Shown here piece by piece: positions 13,900 to 26,200 of a stretch of 32,603 nt of DNA. Every line of letters begins with the position of its first letter. Within the stretch, counting starts at the first letter, position 1. The translations under genes and the position numbers were made by a program. This DNA is from Paecilomyces variotii. Its lineage: Eukaryota. The stretch lies in assembly GCA_004022145.1 (NCBI GenBank), contig RCNU01000037.1, one strand, 5' to 3'. Below the pieces are notes generated by a model. It searched no databases. It was not told the origin of the DNA and saw nothing but the letters and a program-made list of their open reading frames with translations.

Positions 13900-14127
13900 T
13901 AATACTATAAACTGTATAAACTATTTAAACTGAACCGTTTAAGAAAAATCTAACTTAAGTTAGTTTAGCGCCTAGTCTTAGCGAATATTTTAGTTTTTTT
14001 TAGTTTTAAACTAAACTGCCAGAATATAGTTCGGTTTAAGTATAGTCTTTTTACCCTAAACTAAAACCCGCTATAGGCAGTTTAACTTTCCCTTAAATTA
14101 AACCGAATTACCTATATAACTAGTCTA
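13900..14127. repeat. hAT-2 opposite-end subterminal repeats and TIR
   Basis: aactgaaccgttt, ttcggttt and aaccgaatta, ending ...tataactagtcta. Confidence 0.75.
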
Positions 14128-14135
14128 TATAATAT

Positions 14136-17100
14136 ATAAAGATATAGTAAATTACTATAAACTTATTATAAGCTAAAAATTTAAAAATAATATAATATTA
14201 GTAAATAGCAGGCAGATCTCTTTTATAAGTCTCTATAAAGAGATATTTATATAAATAAAATCTTTTTATTATAAAGTCTCTTTTTTTATAATAAATAATA
14301 AGATTAACTATAATTATATTCTAGGATAGCCTTTTAAGTATTAAATATATTTATAGCATATTATTCTATTAAATAAAATAATAAATAGTATAATTTACTC
14401 TATAGACTAAAAGAATTAAGCTATTATTTAAGTATTCTTAATAAATAATTTATAAAATAAATTAAGAAAAAAAGTTTTATAAGACCTTTTATTAAAGGTA
14501 TAAGAGTTATTAAATTAAAATTAAGAAAAAATAATAAATATTAGACTAAGAAAAGAAAAGATTTATAAGAAGTATACTTAATAAATAATATTAACTTTAG
14601 ATTAAGTAAAAGAATTAAAGGAAAAAATATAAGAGTATTTAAACCTACTAAATTATAAGAAAGAAAAAGAAATTTATAGGAATATAAGTTATTTAAAAGA
14701 TATAATCTTTTTATTATAAAAGTAAATTATATTATTAATATTTAATATAAGAGAAAGTATAAAAAAGTTTATTTAATAAATATAGTAAATAAACCTATAG
14801 TAGTATTAGAAAGATTATTAAGATAAAAAGAGATTATTTAAGAGTATTATTACTTAAACCCTTAAAGAAATATAAAAGAAATATAGGGAGAATTTACTGA
14901 ATATATTTAGCTAAAGATATTAAATATAATAAAAAAAATAAAGCTAATCTTAAAATGCTTAAAAAATCTTATTATAGGGGAAGCCTTATAGCTTAAAGAG
15001 AAAGAATTATTAATAGAAATATTTTTTACTAGAAAAGCTACCCTTATATAGACTTTTAAGGAGATTAAATAAATATACCTAGAAATAGTATCTTTAGTTA
15101 TTATCTAGACTATATAATATAAGCTATAGTAAGTAAAGAACTTTTTAATATTAAAGGTATTTTATAGTATAATATAAATAATAGTAAAGAAGAGAATAAA
15201 AATTAATATCTTTAAATAAAGTTAGAGGCCTTATAAGAACTTATAGTTTCTTATAAAAAAGAAAAATAGTAAATATTAATTAATTAATATTATAATAAAG
15301 GTTAACTAGATAATAATAAAAGATATTAATTTACTCTCTTTAGCTAATAAATTCTTAGAGAAGTTTAATAGAATATTAATATCTATATTAATAGATTTAT
15401 TCTCTAGATATAATTAGTTAAAATTAATAGAAGAATTATATAATTTAATAATTTTCTATATATTTAAAATTAGTTTAATTTGCTAAGCTAGACTACTATA
15501 AGAATAAACTAATATAGTATTAGAATTTATATATAGACTTATAAGGGCGCTTATTAATAATATCCTTAATATCTATAATATATTTTTAAATAATACTCTA
15601 ATATAAGGTTTTAAGACTAATTATAGAGAAGAAAAAGTACTGTTTAAAATTAAAAGGTTTATATTTAAATATATCTAAAATATTAATAAAGTACTATATA
15701 GTTTTAAACTTACTAGTTTAACTATTATTAGAGAGAAGTTATAATTTATAGTCTTAAGGATTAAAGTAATAAGATATATATATAATATAAAAAAGAAGTA
15801 CTTAAAATCTATAAAAGTAATTAAGATTTTAAAATAATTACTCTGTTAAAACTTATAAGAAGTAAGAGAATTTCTAGGGGTTATAGTCTACTATTAGATA
15901 TAGATTAAAGGATATATTATTAAAGCTAAGCTAATATATTTAATATTAAAGAAAGGATAAGATTTTTTTTAAGGACTAAAATAGTAAGACTTAATAAATA
16001 TTTTAAAAATAGCCTTAATAATAGCTCTAGTACTTAAGTTAATTAATTATAAAAAAGGAGGAATAATTATTATTAATATAGATACTAATAATAATAAATA
16101 AGAGGTATAACTTATTTAAGAAGAAAAAAAATCTAATAAAAGATACTTAGCTAAATATAAAAATAAAGTATAAATATAAGCAGAGAGATAATATAATAGA
16201 GAAAAGCTAAAATATAAAATAATATTAAAGGCTTTTTATAAGTTTTAAATATATTTATATAATATATACTTTTAGCTAAAAATAAATATAAAAACTTTAA
16301 TTATATAATTAAATAAAATAGCTATTAATCTTTTAAGATTAATAATTATTTATTAAATTACTTAAATCTAGCTATTTAACTTTAATATTATCTATATAGT
16401 AAGAAGAAAGAACTTAGTTATAGATAAGTTATCTTAAAAACTAATAATAAAGTAAAACTTAGAGAAAGCTAAAGATAATAATATAGAGAAATTCTTAAAC
16501 CTATAGTTTTATACAGTCTATTATATTAATATATAAGAAATAAAATTAAATAATATCTCTTAATTAATACCTATACTATATTAATTAAATAAATCTTTAC
16601 TAATTATAGAATAGCTATAAACTATAATAAAACTAGATAATATAGACTAAGAATAATATATTAAGTTTAAGAAAGAGGCTATAAAGTATATAGTATAAGA
16701 TAGTATTCTTTTCTAGAAAGTATAGTAAAATTAGCCTTATTAAATAATTATTAATAATAAAGAAAAGTAAAAAAAGATTCTTATTATTTTTTATAAAGAA
16801 TATAGATATTAAAAATATAAAGTAAAATATAGGAAAATAGCTAATTAATATTAATAAAAAGGCCTATATAAATATATTATTAAATAGGTAAAGATATATA
16901 ATAAATACTAAAAAGCTAATAAAGAATATATAGAAAAAGCTTTATAATTAATATTTATTCTATTAGGAAAATTAAAGCTATATTTAAATATCTATAAGAT
17001 TATACTACTTAGTAAGAGAAAGACTTATATTATTATACTTTAAGATAACTTTAGCTAAGTTAAATATAGAGCGCTTAGTAGCTTTATTTTAAGAGCTATT

Positions 17101-17830
17101 ATTAAGTTCTTATAAGAAGACTAAATTTATTATTAAGAAGTAATAGAGACTCTTATTAATAATAAAGAACTAAAGAATAAAGCTATAATTAATATATTAG
17201 TATAGAAGTATAAGATTAATTATATTAAAGTCTTATTATATAACTTATAAGTAAATAAAATAATTAAAGTTATATATAAGTCTTTTATATATAATATTAA
17301 GAAACTTATAAAAGAAATAGGGGTAAATTAAATAAACTACTTACTAGCTATAATTTAGGTAAATAAGAATATAGTTAAGATCTCTATTAATTTAATATTA
17401 TTTAGAGTAATTATAGAATATAATATAGTGCTATTAATTAAACTAAAAATACTTACTTAGGAGATATTAATATAGGATAAAGTTAAAACTATAGAAAACT
17501 TTCTCCTTCTTTATATAAGGCAGATAGAACTTAAGGATTAGAATATAGAAGAAGTATAGCTTTATATTTAGTATATAAGAGAAGCTAGTAAAAAAGGCTT
17601 TAATAATAAAAAATAACTTTATAAGAAGCAGCTAATTAAAGGATAATTTATTCTATTCTATAATATAAAACTTAAGATATCTTATTTTATTAAACTAGTA
17701 TATTATTAGCTTAAACTATATTAAATTAAGGAAGTTCTTTAGAAAGATTCTTATAAGCTTAAGAAGTTAAATAATATAGCTTTTTAAGATTTAATCTATA
17801 AAAATTACTTAAAAGGCTATTATTTATAAG
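14136..17830 (+). pseudogene. Gypsy pol (rest of protease, RT, RNase H, integrase), RIP-inactivated
   Basis: De-RIP motifs: ILGRPF (~14320), GPYRNPWFLVxKK (~15230), DLFSGYDQ (~15395), LPQGWTN (~15495), RT FLDD (15583), VDASGxGWGG (~16080), ADGLSR (~16420), HHCC (~16790-16910), YNPQANGMIE (~17240), WLGPY (~17708). No chromodomain recognised. Confidence 0.93.
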
Positions 17831-18704
17831 AGAATTAAAATAAAATACTAATTATAAGTAATAATATAATACTTAAATAAGAAAATTAATAATTAAGTAA
17901 TAATAATAATAATACTAACTAAATACTACTTAAATTAAAATATATAGTTATTATTCTAATACTCTCCTTTTAAAAATATTAGCTTAAAAAGAAGAAAATA
18001 AAAAGCTAGTAATAAAATAAGTTTAATATTAAATAAAAAATTAGTTTAAAAGAAGAAAAATAAAAGAATAATAATAAAATAAGTACTAGTACTATAATAG
18101 GAAGAGAAGGAGAATAAACTTAAGATAAGAATATCTTCTTTAAGGGAAGAAAAGAATTTAAAAATACCTAATAATAATTAAGAAAGAAGAAAAAGAGAGA
18201 TAATTAAAAAATATATAATATTCGCTTAAATATCTTAAAAAAGTCTATAAATAAAGCTAAAAATAAAAAATATCAAATAAAGAATATAAGTAATAAATAA
18301 AGAATTCTTATCTTATTATAAAAACCTTATTTTTTATATTATATAATATTATAGCAGAAGTAACTAAAGACTAAATTAAGCTAAACTTAACCTTATCTTA
18401 TCTTTTAAGCATATCTTTTTACTTAAAAACTATTTTAAAGAGTTACTCTATAAAGATATATATTAAAAATAGAAAAAAATATACTAGAAATATAAAATAT
18501 TATTTATTAAAATAAAGCTCTTTAACTTAAAATATATATATATACTATAGTTAGTAAAATTTATAAGCTTATAAAAGAGATAATAAATAAGGCTAATAAT
18601 AAAAAAGAGAAAGTTTAATTTATAAGTAATATAGTAGTAATTATTTTAAATTTTTAAAGTAGGCATAATAAAATAGCTAGTAATTTTTATAATTTCTTAA
18701 ACTA

Positions 18705-21194
18705 ATAGAAGCTATTAGAAAAAGTAAGAAAAAAGAAATACTAGCTATTAATAAACTAAAAGAATTAAAAATATAAATAGAAAAGAATTATAAATATATT
18801 AATAAAGATTATTATAAAGCTATAGAGAAATAAGGCTAAGAGACTATAGACTAAGTCTTATTAATTATTAAATAATTATACTAAACCTTAATAGCTATAG
18901 GAGAATTAGCTTTTAATATTAAAAATTAGAGAATAATAGCTATATATCTAGTAAGAGTATAGATTAATAGACTTTATAATATTAAGAGATAAGGAATACT
19001 AACTAAAAAGAGCCTTTAATTAATTAATATTAGAAAGGCAAGAGATATCTTAAGAAAAGCCCTTAATAAAGAAGGATTAATTTTTTAAAAGCTTATTAAT
19101 AAAGAACTATAAGAGATTAAAATAAGAGTAAGAGAGAATAATCTTCTAAAGGAGATTATAGGAGAAGAGAAAGAATATTAAATAAAAGATTTAGATAAGA
19201 GCTTATTAATAGATTTAATATTAGATAAAAAAGAGAAAAGTATAGAGAAGGAGAAAAAAGAGAAAAAGAGAACTAAGAGTCTTAAGAAGCTAAAAGGGGA
19301 AAAAAAGCTTAAAACTTAAAATAAGGGGAAATAGCTAGAAAAAAGATATAAATATAAAGTTAGTATATCTATATTAATAAAAAAGGCTATTATTAACTTA
19401 AAAGGCGAAGAAGTATTAGAATTTTTAAGAGAAGAAAGAATTAAACCCGCTATTATATACTAAGTTTATATTAAAGAAGTATAAAATATAATAGAACTAA
19501 GAAGTATAAAAGATAATATCTTTAAAGAAAGGTTAAAAATACTTATAGATAATAATAATAATCTTAAATATTAAAATATTAATATAAACTACTAGAAATA
19601 GTTTTAATAGAGATAAAGACTTAATACTAACTTTAAGAATTATTACTGCCTAGATAAGTATAATATTAAAGTATAATCTTAGCTAAGTAGACTAAATATA
19701 AGTATTAAGGAAGTTAAAGAAATCTTATAATAAGTTAATCTTAAAAAGATTAATTTAATTTATAAACTATATATATAATTATTAGCTAATATAATTAATA
19801 TAAGGGAGAATATATTTATAAAAGAAGCTAGAAAAGTATTAAAAGTAATTAAAAATATAAAGCTAGCGGTAGTAAAGTAATAAAAGAAGGGACTATTTAA
19901 AGCAATAAACTATCTTTATAAAAGTTTACTTAAAGAAACTAAATAGTCTATAAGTAAAACCTCTAAAAATAAATAAGCAATAGAATCTCCTAGTAGAGCC
20001 TTAAGAACTAATATAAAGACTTTCTTTTCTGTAGTAAACCTAGAAAACCCCTTTATTAAGAAAGAAACTGGGTATTTAAAAGATATATAGAATACTAGAA
20101 CTATATAATTTAAAGATAACTTAGAGGCTAAGCAGATATTAGGTATACTTAGCAATAGCTAAATTAAAGGAAGAATAAAGAGTTCTATTCTAAGAAGTCT
20201 TAAAAGTATAAAAGATAAAAATAATATAGAAGTTAAAAAAACCTTATCTAAAGACCTTCTCTCTAAAAAATCCCTAATATTAAAGATAGTTTAACTATTT
20301 AAAGATCTTAAGTTAATTAATATAAATACTTCTAGTAATATATCTAGCAGCTTATACTATAAAGCTTAAGATAATCTATATAAGGCTAAAAAGTATCCTA
20401 AATCTAAGTATAAGAATAGAAAATATTTTAACTTAAATAAAGAAGACTTTACCTTAAATAAGATATAGGACTAATATATTTAATTAAATATTATAATAAG
20501 AGAGAACTTTAACTATTAAGAAGTAAATAAGGTTTTTTAAATTATACCCTTTAAAGAGAAACTAGTAAAAAGAATATTATAATATACTATTATAGAAGTA
20601 AAAGCAGCTCTTTATTATAAAAAGAAAGATAAAGAATTAATAAGGCTTAAGAACTTATCTTAAAGTATTCTTTAAAAGGTTATTGCTTAAGATATTTAAG
20701 TCTACTTAATCTAGTTAGTATTATATAGTTATAGTAAATATAGATTATAAATCTAGTATCTTAAGAAATATAAGCTAAAAGTATTAAACTTAGAGATTAT
20801 AATCCCTAAAGGAGTAATAAAATAAGGCTTTATAATCTTAGGGATTAAACTAATTGCTAGAGATAAGTCTAAGAAAACTATAGGCTTAAGAGATATTATA
20901 CTTAAATAGGGAGAAGTAACTTTTATTAGCGATCTATACTAGCTAATATTAAAGAATTAAGGAATAAATCTTAATAGTATTTACTGTTTTAATTATAAAG
21001 AATAAGATAAGATAAGATCTAATTAAGGAAGATCTAGGCCTTTTAATATCTAGGTAAATAGAGTTATAGCTATAAGTAAAGCAATACTTAATTAGCTAAA
21101 CTAAGATTGCTTAGAAGTTAAAGCAGAGCTATATTTTATATTAAAGCAAGATATATTATTAATCTAAGATTATCTACAGAGGAAAGAAACTTAG
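18705..21194 (+). pseudogene. Extra ORF (~830 codons) downstream of Gypsy pol, unknown function
   Basis: One + frame is held for ~2.5 kb, and the stops I read are all TAA/TAG. It has an E/K-rich tract (~19210-19340, including KGKQPE) and a globular-looking C-terminal part. Confidence 0.65.
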
Positions 21195-21348
21195 CTTTAT
21201 AAGTTAGGGGTTTTAAGGTATATATAATACTAGAAATTAAAGCGTTTCTGCTTTAAGAATAATTTATAATATTAAAAAGAGAAGATAGTATAAACTGTAA
21301 TAACTAAAGAAGGTAAATAGAGATATTTACTCTTAAAAAGGAGGAAGC

Positions 21349-21779
21349 TATATAATAAAGAGAATTAGTATAAAGAATATAATTAGTTAAGAGGTTATAT
21401 ACTTTTACTTAAAGTCTTTAAAAGTCTATAAGTAAAGAAAGAGAAGAGAAATAAGAAAATAGATCTTTTAGTTATTTAAAATAAAATAATTAGTTTTATC
21501 TTTCTATTATTATTTAGTATTAGTTTAGTATTAAATTATTATTAATTTATTATATTAGTTCGCAGTTAGAGCTTTTCCTTTAGCTTTACTCTAAGCTCTA
21601 AAGTTAAATACTTTTCTTTTCTTTCTTAATACCTACTTACTTAAAGACTCTATATTAAGTCTTAATATATCTTTTTATAATACTAGCTATCTCTAGCTAA
21701 GTTTATATTAAATTTTTACTATTTTAAGACTATTAGAGTATTATCTTTCTTTACTAACTATAGGTTTTATTTATATATA
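21349..21779 (+). repeat. Putative Gypsy 3' LTR
   Basis: Follows the purine tract aaaaaggaggaag (21335-21347), starts TA (RIP of TG) and contains AATAAA. No 5' LTR is available for comparison, so the end is a guess. Confidence 0.35.
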
Positions 21780-22615
21780 GGATTTAAGCCTATTTAGCCT
21801 ATAAATTAGCTTACTATTAAAAATGTTAAAGCTTTTATTAAAAAGATATAAGATATTATAGATTATATTTATACTTAGATTTATACTACTTAAGCCTATT
21901 ATAAAGAGCAGATTAATTATTATTAAACCTTAGCTTACTATTATTATATATAATAATTTATTTAATTAAATATTTAGAATATTTATATTTAATACTCTTA
22001 AAAAAAAACTCGACTAAAAGAATTTTAGCTTATTTTATATTATTAAGGTTATTAGCTTATATACTTATTAGCTTAACTTACTTACCTTAATATATATTTA
22101 TCTTATATTTAATATTAGCCTACTTTACTCTATTATTAAAGACTTTATATTTAAATAGAGATAATCTTTATTATCGCTTATTAAAGTTAATAGCTTTAAA
22201 GAATAAGTTATTAAAGATATTTTAAACTCTTAATAGAAATACTATAACTATAAAAGCCTTTAACTATAATATACTATTAAGTAATTAAGTTATAATAATT
22301 TAATTAAAGAGCCTATATATTATCTATAGTATACTTAAGAGATTATTATTAACTTTTACTGCTGCTACTTAAATAAGCTAAAGCTAAGAAATAATCTTAA
22401 TAAAGCTTAACTTTAAAGAAGAGAGTATTATTATAATACTAGTATAAGAGATAAGAGAGTTTTAAAGAAAACTACCTTAAAGTATTTTAATAAGATAATT
22501 AACCCGCTGCTTAATACTTATATAAGAAAATATATAATCTTGCGAAAATATTTTTAGCGTATAGCTTAATTTAAATTTAAGCTCTTTAAGCTATATTTTA
22601 TTTACTAAGCTTACT

Positions 22616-22721
22616 TATAATAGCTTCTTTTAATTTAAATTAATTAAATAAAGATTTTATAGCTAGTCCTAGTATTAACTACTTTATTTTATTTATTTTA
22701 ACTTATTTCTTAAGCCTATAC
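22616..22721 (+). repeat. Copy of the 120-bp repeat unit, interrupted by the Copia insertion
   Basis: tataatagcttcttttaatttaaattaattaaa..tatagctagt..tatac aligns with 29541-29646; the match continues (cttaata) after the Copia 3' TSD. Confidence 0.75.
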
Positions 22722-23022
22722 TATTGCAATATAGCAGTTAAGACTAGTAGTTTATAGAGAGAATATATAAGAGATTCTCTTATAAGAGAATTTAAGATAA
22801 TTATATATATAGTTATAGAGAATAGTTAGCCTAGTAAAAGAGTTCTTATACTAAGCATATTAACTTAGAAAAAGAACTTAACTAACTTAATATAATTAAC
22901 TAATAATATTATAAAGATATATTAATATTAATTTTACCCCTTATATTTTATTCTTATTCTAAGTTATACTTTCCTTTAAAGCTAGTATAAAAGTTATTTT
23001 ATATTCTCTATTTTTTTTAACT
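22722..23022 (+). repeat. Copia 5' LTR
   Basis: Direct repeat of 28366-28666; tattgcaat...ttaact. Confidence 0.95.
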
Positions 23023-23034
23023 AGTTATAAGCCT
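23023..23034 (+). other. Copia primer-binding site
   Basis: agttataagcct directly after the LTR is the RIP form of the GGTTATGAGCCC-type PBS typical of copia elements primed by an initiator tRNA-Met half. Confidence 0.7.
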
Positions 23035-23280
23035 AAATTAGTTAAAACTTAAGAAAATAAATACTTAAGTAATATAAAACTCTTTACTAAGATTATAAAA
23101 TTTAAAATAGTAGCTATTAAATACTTTTACGCGAGAGATATTATAATAAGATTACTTTAATACTTATTCTATAGATATTAAATCTAATAAGTATTAAAAC
23201 CTATTAATAGTTAAAGGATTAATTAAATTACTCTATATATAGTTAGAGAATTAACTAAATTACTTTATATATAGACGAGA

Positions 23281-26200
23281 ATATCTCCCGTTAATAATTC
23301 TAATAACTAAAAAGAGAGACTAGTTCTTACTCTTTCTAAAGAAAATTATAAAAAATAGTTTATTTATATAAAAAAATAGCTTATTAGTAAAGACTATTAA
23401 GATATTATTAAATGCTAATAATAAGATAGTAACTTATTATAAAAGAAAAATAATATAATAGTATAATACTAGATTATAAAATGCCTATTTAAGGATAATT
23501 AAGATAAATATATTAAAGATACTACTGTTAAAGTACTATAGAATTATCTTAAGAGATAATTTAAGAAGACTTAGCCTACTTAATAATACTAACTTATTTA
23601 ATTATTTATTAATTTTAAAATAATATCTAGATAGATTATTACTAATATATAGAAGTATTTATAATAAATAAAAAAGAAAGTAATAGCTTATAATAGTACT
23701 ATATTTTCCTTAGCTAAACCTAAAGCTAGAATCTAATACTTACTCTTTAATTTACCTAGTAAATATACTATTACTAGAATAGTAATTAATACTTATAAAT
23801 ATCTAGGAGTAAAAGATATTTTAGCTATTTTTAAGGAGGCGAAAGCTAAATTTTAAGCTTCTCTATTAAGCGCATTCTATGCGAAAAAGTAAGAATTTAT
23901 TAAATACTATATATATAAGAAAAACTATTTTATTAAAGACTGCCTATAATTACCTATAGCTTAATAAGCTACTTAGAATACTTAAAGATAGAGAAAGAAA
24001 TCTTTAAAGAGCTTATCTCTACCTATAGACTAGAAACTAGTAAAGATAATAGCTAAGCTATTCTAGGAAATCCGATCCTTAAAGGAGAAAAGATCTTAGA
24101 GAAAAAAGTAAAAGGCTTATAAGGCAGAGAAAATCTCTAATACTAAGTTATTATATTTAAAGCCTAATTTAATTATATTAAATAATTAAGTCTCTTATAA
24201 GATTACTTACTTATTAAAGAATATAATTAATAAGAATTTACTCTAATAGTATATTAATAGCAGTGCTAATTTATATATAATTAATAAGACTTACTATTTT
24301 AAAGAACTATTAGTAAAGATTAAAAAGAGGTATATTTAAATAGGAGGAGAAATCTTATATATAGAGTATATAGATACTACTGCGCTAAATAGACAGAATA
24401 GAAAAGTTATATATTTAGAGAATATATTACTTATTTTAAAGCTTAGAGTAAATCTATTATTAATTAAGAAATTTTACTAGTAATTTAACTTATATAATTA
24501 CCTTAATACTAGTTTAATATCTATATTAAATAGATCTAATAATATTATAATTTAAGATATATTTAAATATAGAGTTTATATTATAAAGAAAATCTTCCTA
24601 GACTTAATACTAAAGCTATATACCGCTATATATAGCTAGCTTATATATAAGAAAGATTAAGCCTATTGCGCTATAGTTACTTCTTAAGATAATTTTAAAG
24701 AAGCTTTCTCTAAGATTAATAATAATAATTATAGATTAAGATACTTTAATAAACTCCTCTATAAGAGAAATATAAGGGATTAAATTTAAGAGAAGTATTA
24801 GCTTTAATATAGGCGAATTAATTACCTTAAACTTAAAAAGATTAGAAGCCTGCATAAAATAATAATACTAGAGAAATTAATTAACGTTATTAGTAACTAT
24901 TAATATATAATCTATACTATAGCTAATATTAAGAATAAGAGAGATACAATAAGTAAATAGAAAGAAAGCATTCTAGAACTAATCTATATAAATATATGCA
25001 GTTAGATACTAGAGTTAAGAGATAAATATATTTACTTCTTAACTATTATAGATAACTACTTATAGAAAATATAGATATTTTTAATAAGAGCTAAATCTAA
25101 TACTAGTCTTATCTTAAATAAATAGAAAAGAGAGATTAAAACTATTATTAATTTTAAAATACTTAGTATTTAATTAGATAATATATTAGAACTTAAGAAT
25201 ATTTTTAAAATATAGAGAAAGGATTTTAGTATTTACTATAAATCGACAGTTCTATATATATTAACCCAGAATAAAGCGGTTAAGAGAGTATATTAGACTA
25301 TTAAGAGAGGAACCTTGTAAAGAATAAGGGTTCCTAGAAGTTGCTAGCAAATTACTCTACTAGCAATTATAGCGAGAGAAGTAGCAGCTTCGCGTATTTA
25401 GCTCGGAGAAGGGTCTATCGGCGAGATAAAGGGTTAACTATTGTAATAAAGGGTCTAACTAGCGTAGAGAAGGGTTTACGCTAGAGGATTCTAGTAGTAA
25501 AGAGTCTATATAAGTAAGGAAATAGTAGAGTATATATTATATTAAAACGAATTGCTGGCCTCTAGTAAGATAGTAATCTAAAGCCTATTTATATTCTAAA
25601 CCTTAAGTACTTCTTAGCTTTATCTTATATAAATCCTAAAAGTAAGAAGAGCGAGGTTTAATTAATTACCTCAGTATTATATTCAGATTTAGGGCTTTAC
25701 TATAATTCTATAAGCTTATATTTTAGCGAGAAGCTAGGGGTATAATAAACCTATACTATACTTAAAGATATTAATTTTCTAATTAAGCTATAGGTAAAAG
25801 CTACTTAGACTAATATATAGATTAAGAATAAAGTATTAAATAGACTAATAGTTAATAGAATATAAGTAACTCCTAAGAAGGTATTTACTAGAGTAAAACT
25901 ATTTATTAATTACCTAAGAGTATAAGGATACTAGGTAGTATTATATATAAACCCCGATTTACTACTGCTAGAAATATAGAGAGATAAGTTAATAAACTGC
26001 AGATACTTATACGTATTTATTAAATATATTAAAGGCACAGATAAATAGTAGAAAGTTTAAATACCTAATATAAGAAAAGTTATTAAGACTTATTAAGCTA
26101 AATTCTTCGAGAATAAATAAGGAGAAAATATTAATCTCTATATCCTATAAAGGACTATACTAAATATAGCTTTAATAAGGAACTTAAAGGGGCGACTAGC

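Larger units (their letters stand above)
5256..14127 (-). mobile_element. Large (8872 bp) two-gene hAT transposon (hAT-2)
   Basis: Perfect 8-bp TSD TATAATAT at 5248-5255 and 14128-14135. TIRs TAGAGTAGTTATA / TAGACTAGTTATA (12/13). AACCG-type subterminal repeats at both ends. Minus-strand hAT transposase. Removing the element restores the Gypsy protease frame. Confidence 0.92.
5182..21779 (+). mobile_element. Ty3/Gypsy LTR retrotransposon relic (gag and 5' LTR not seen in window; interrupted by hAT-2)
   Basis: Domain order is PR-RT-RH-IN, and the protease frame rejoins across the hAT-2 TSD. The right boundary (3' LTR) is uncertain. Confidence 0.8.

Noticed and set aside
5596-13962. CRISPR-like reading of the recurring palindromes
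   Set aside because: Spacing is irregular (tens to >1000 bp), repeats are only 12-14 bp, the context is eukaryotic and intronic, and there are no cas genes.
19916-20155. 79-aa hydrophobic minus-strand ORF
   Set aside because: Antisense shadow of the A-rich + strand extra ORF; the hydrophobicity is a RIP/AT-composition artefact.
21780-22615. Possible MULE or other transposase C-terminal relic
   Set aside because: No diagnostic motif could be read with confidence; left unannotated.
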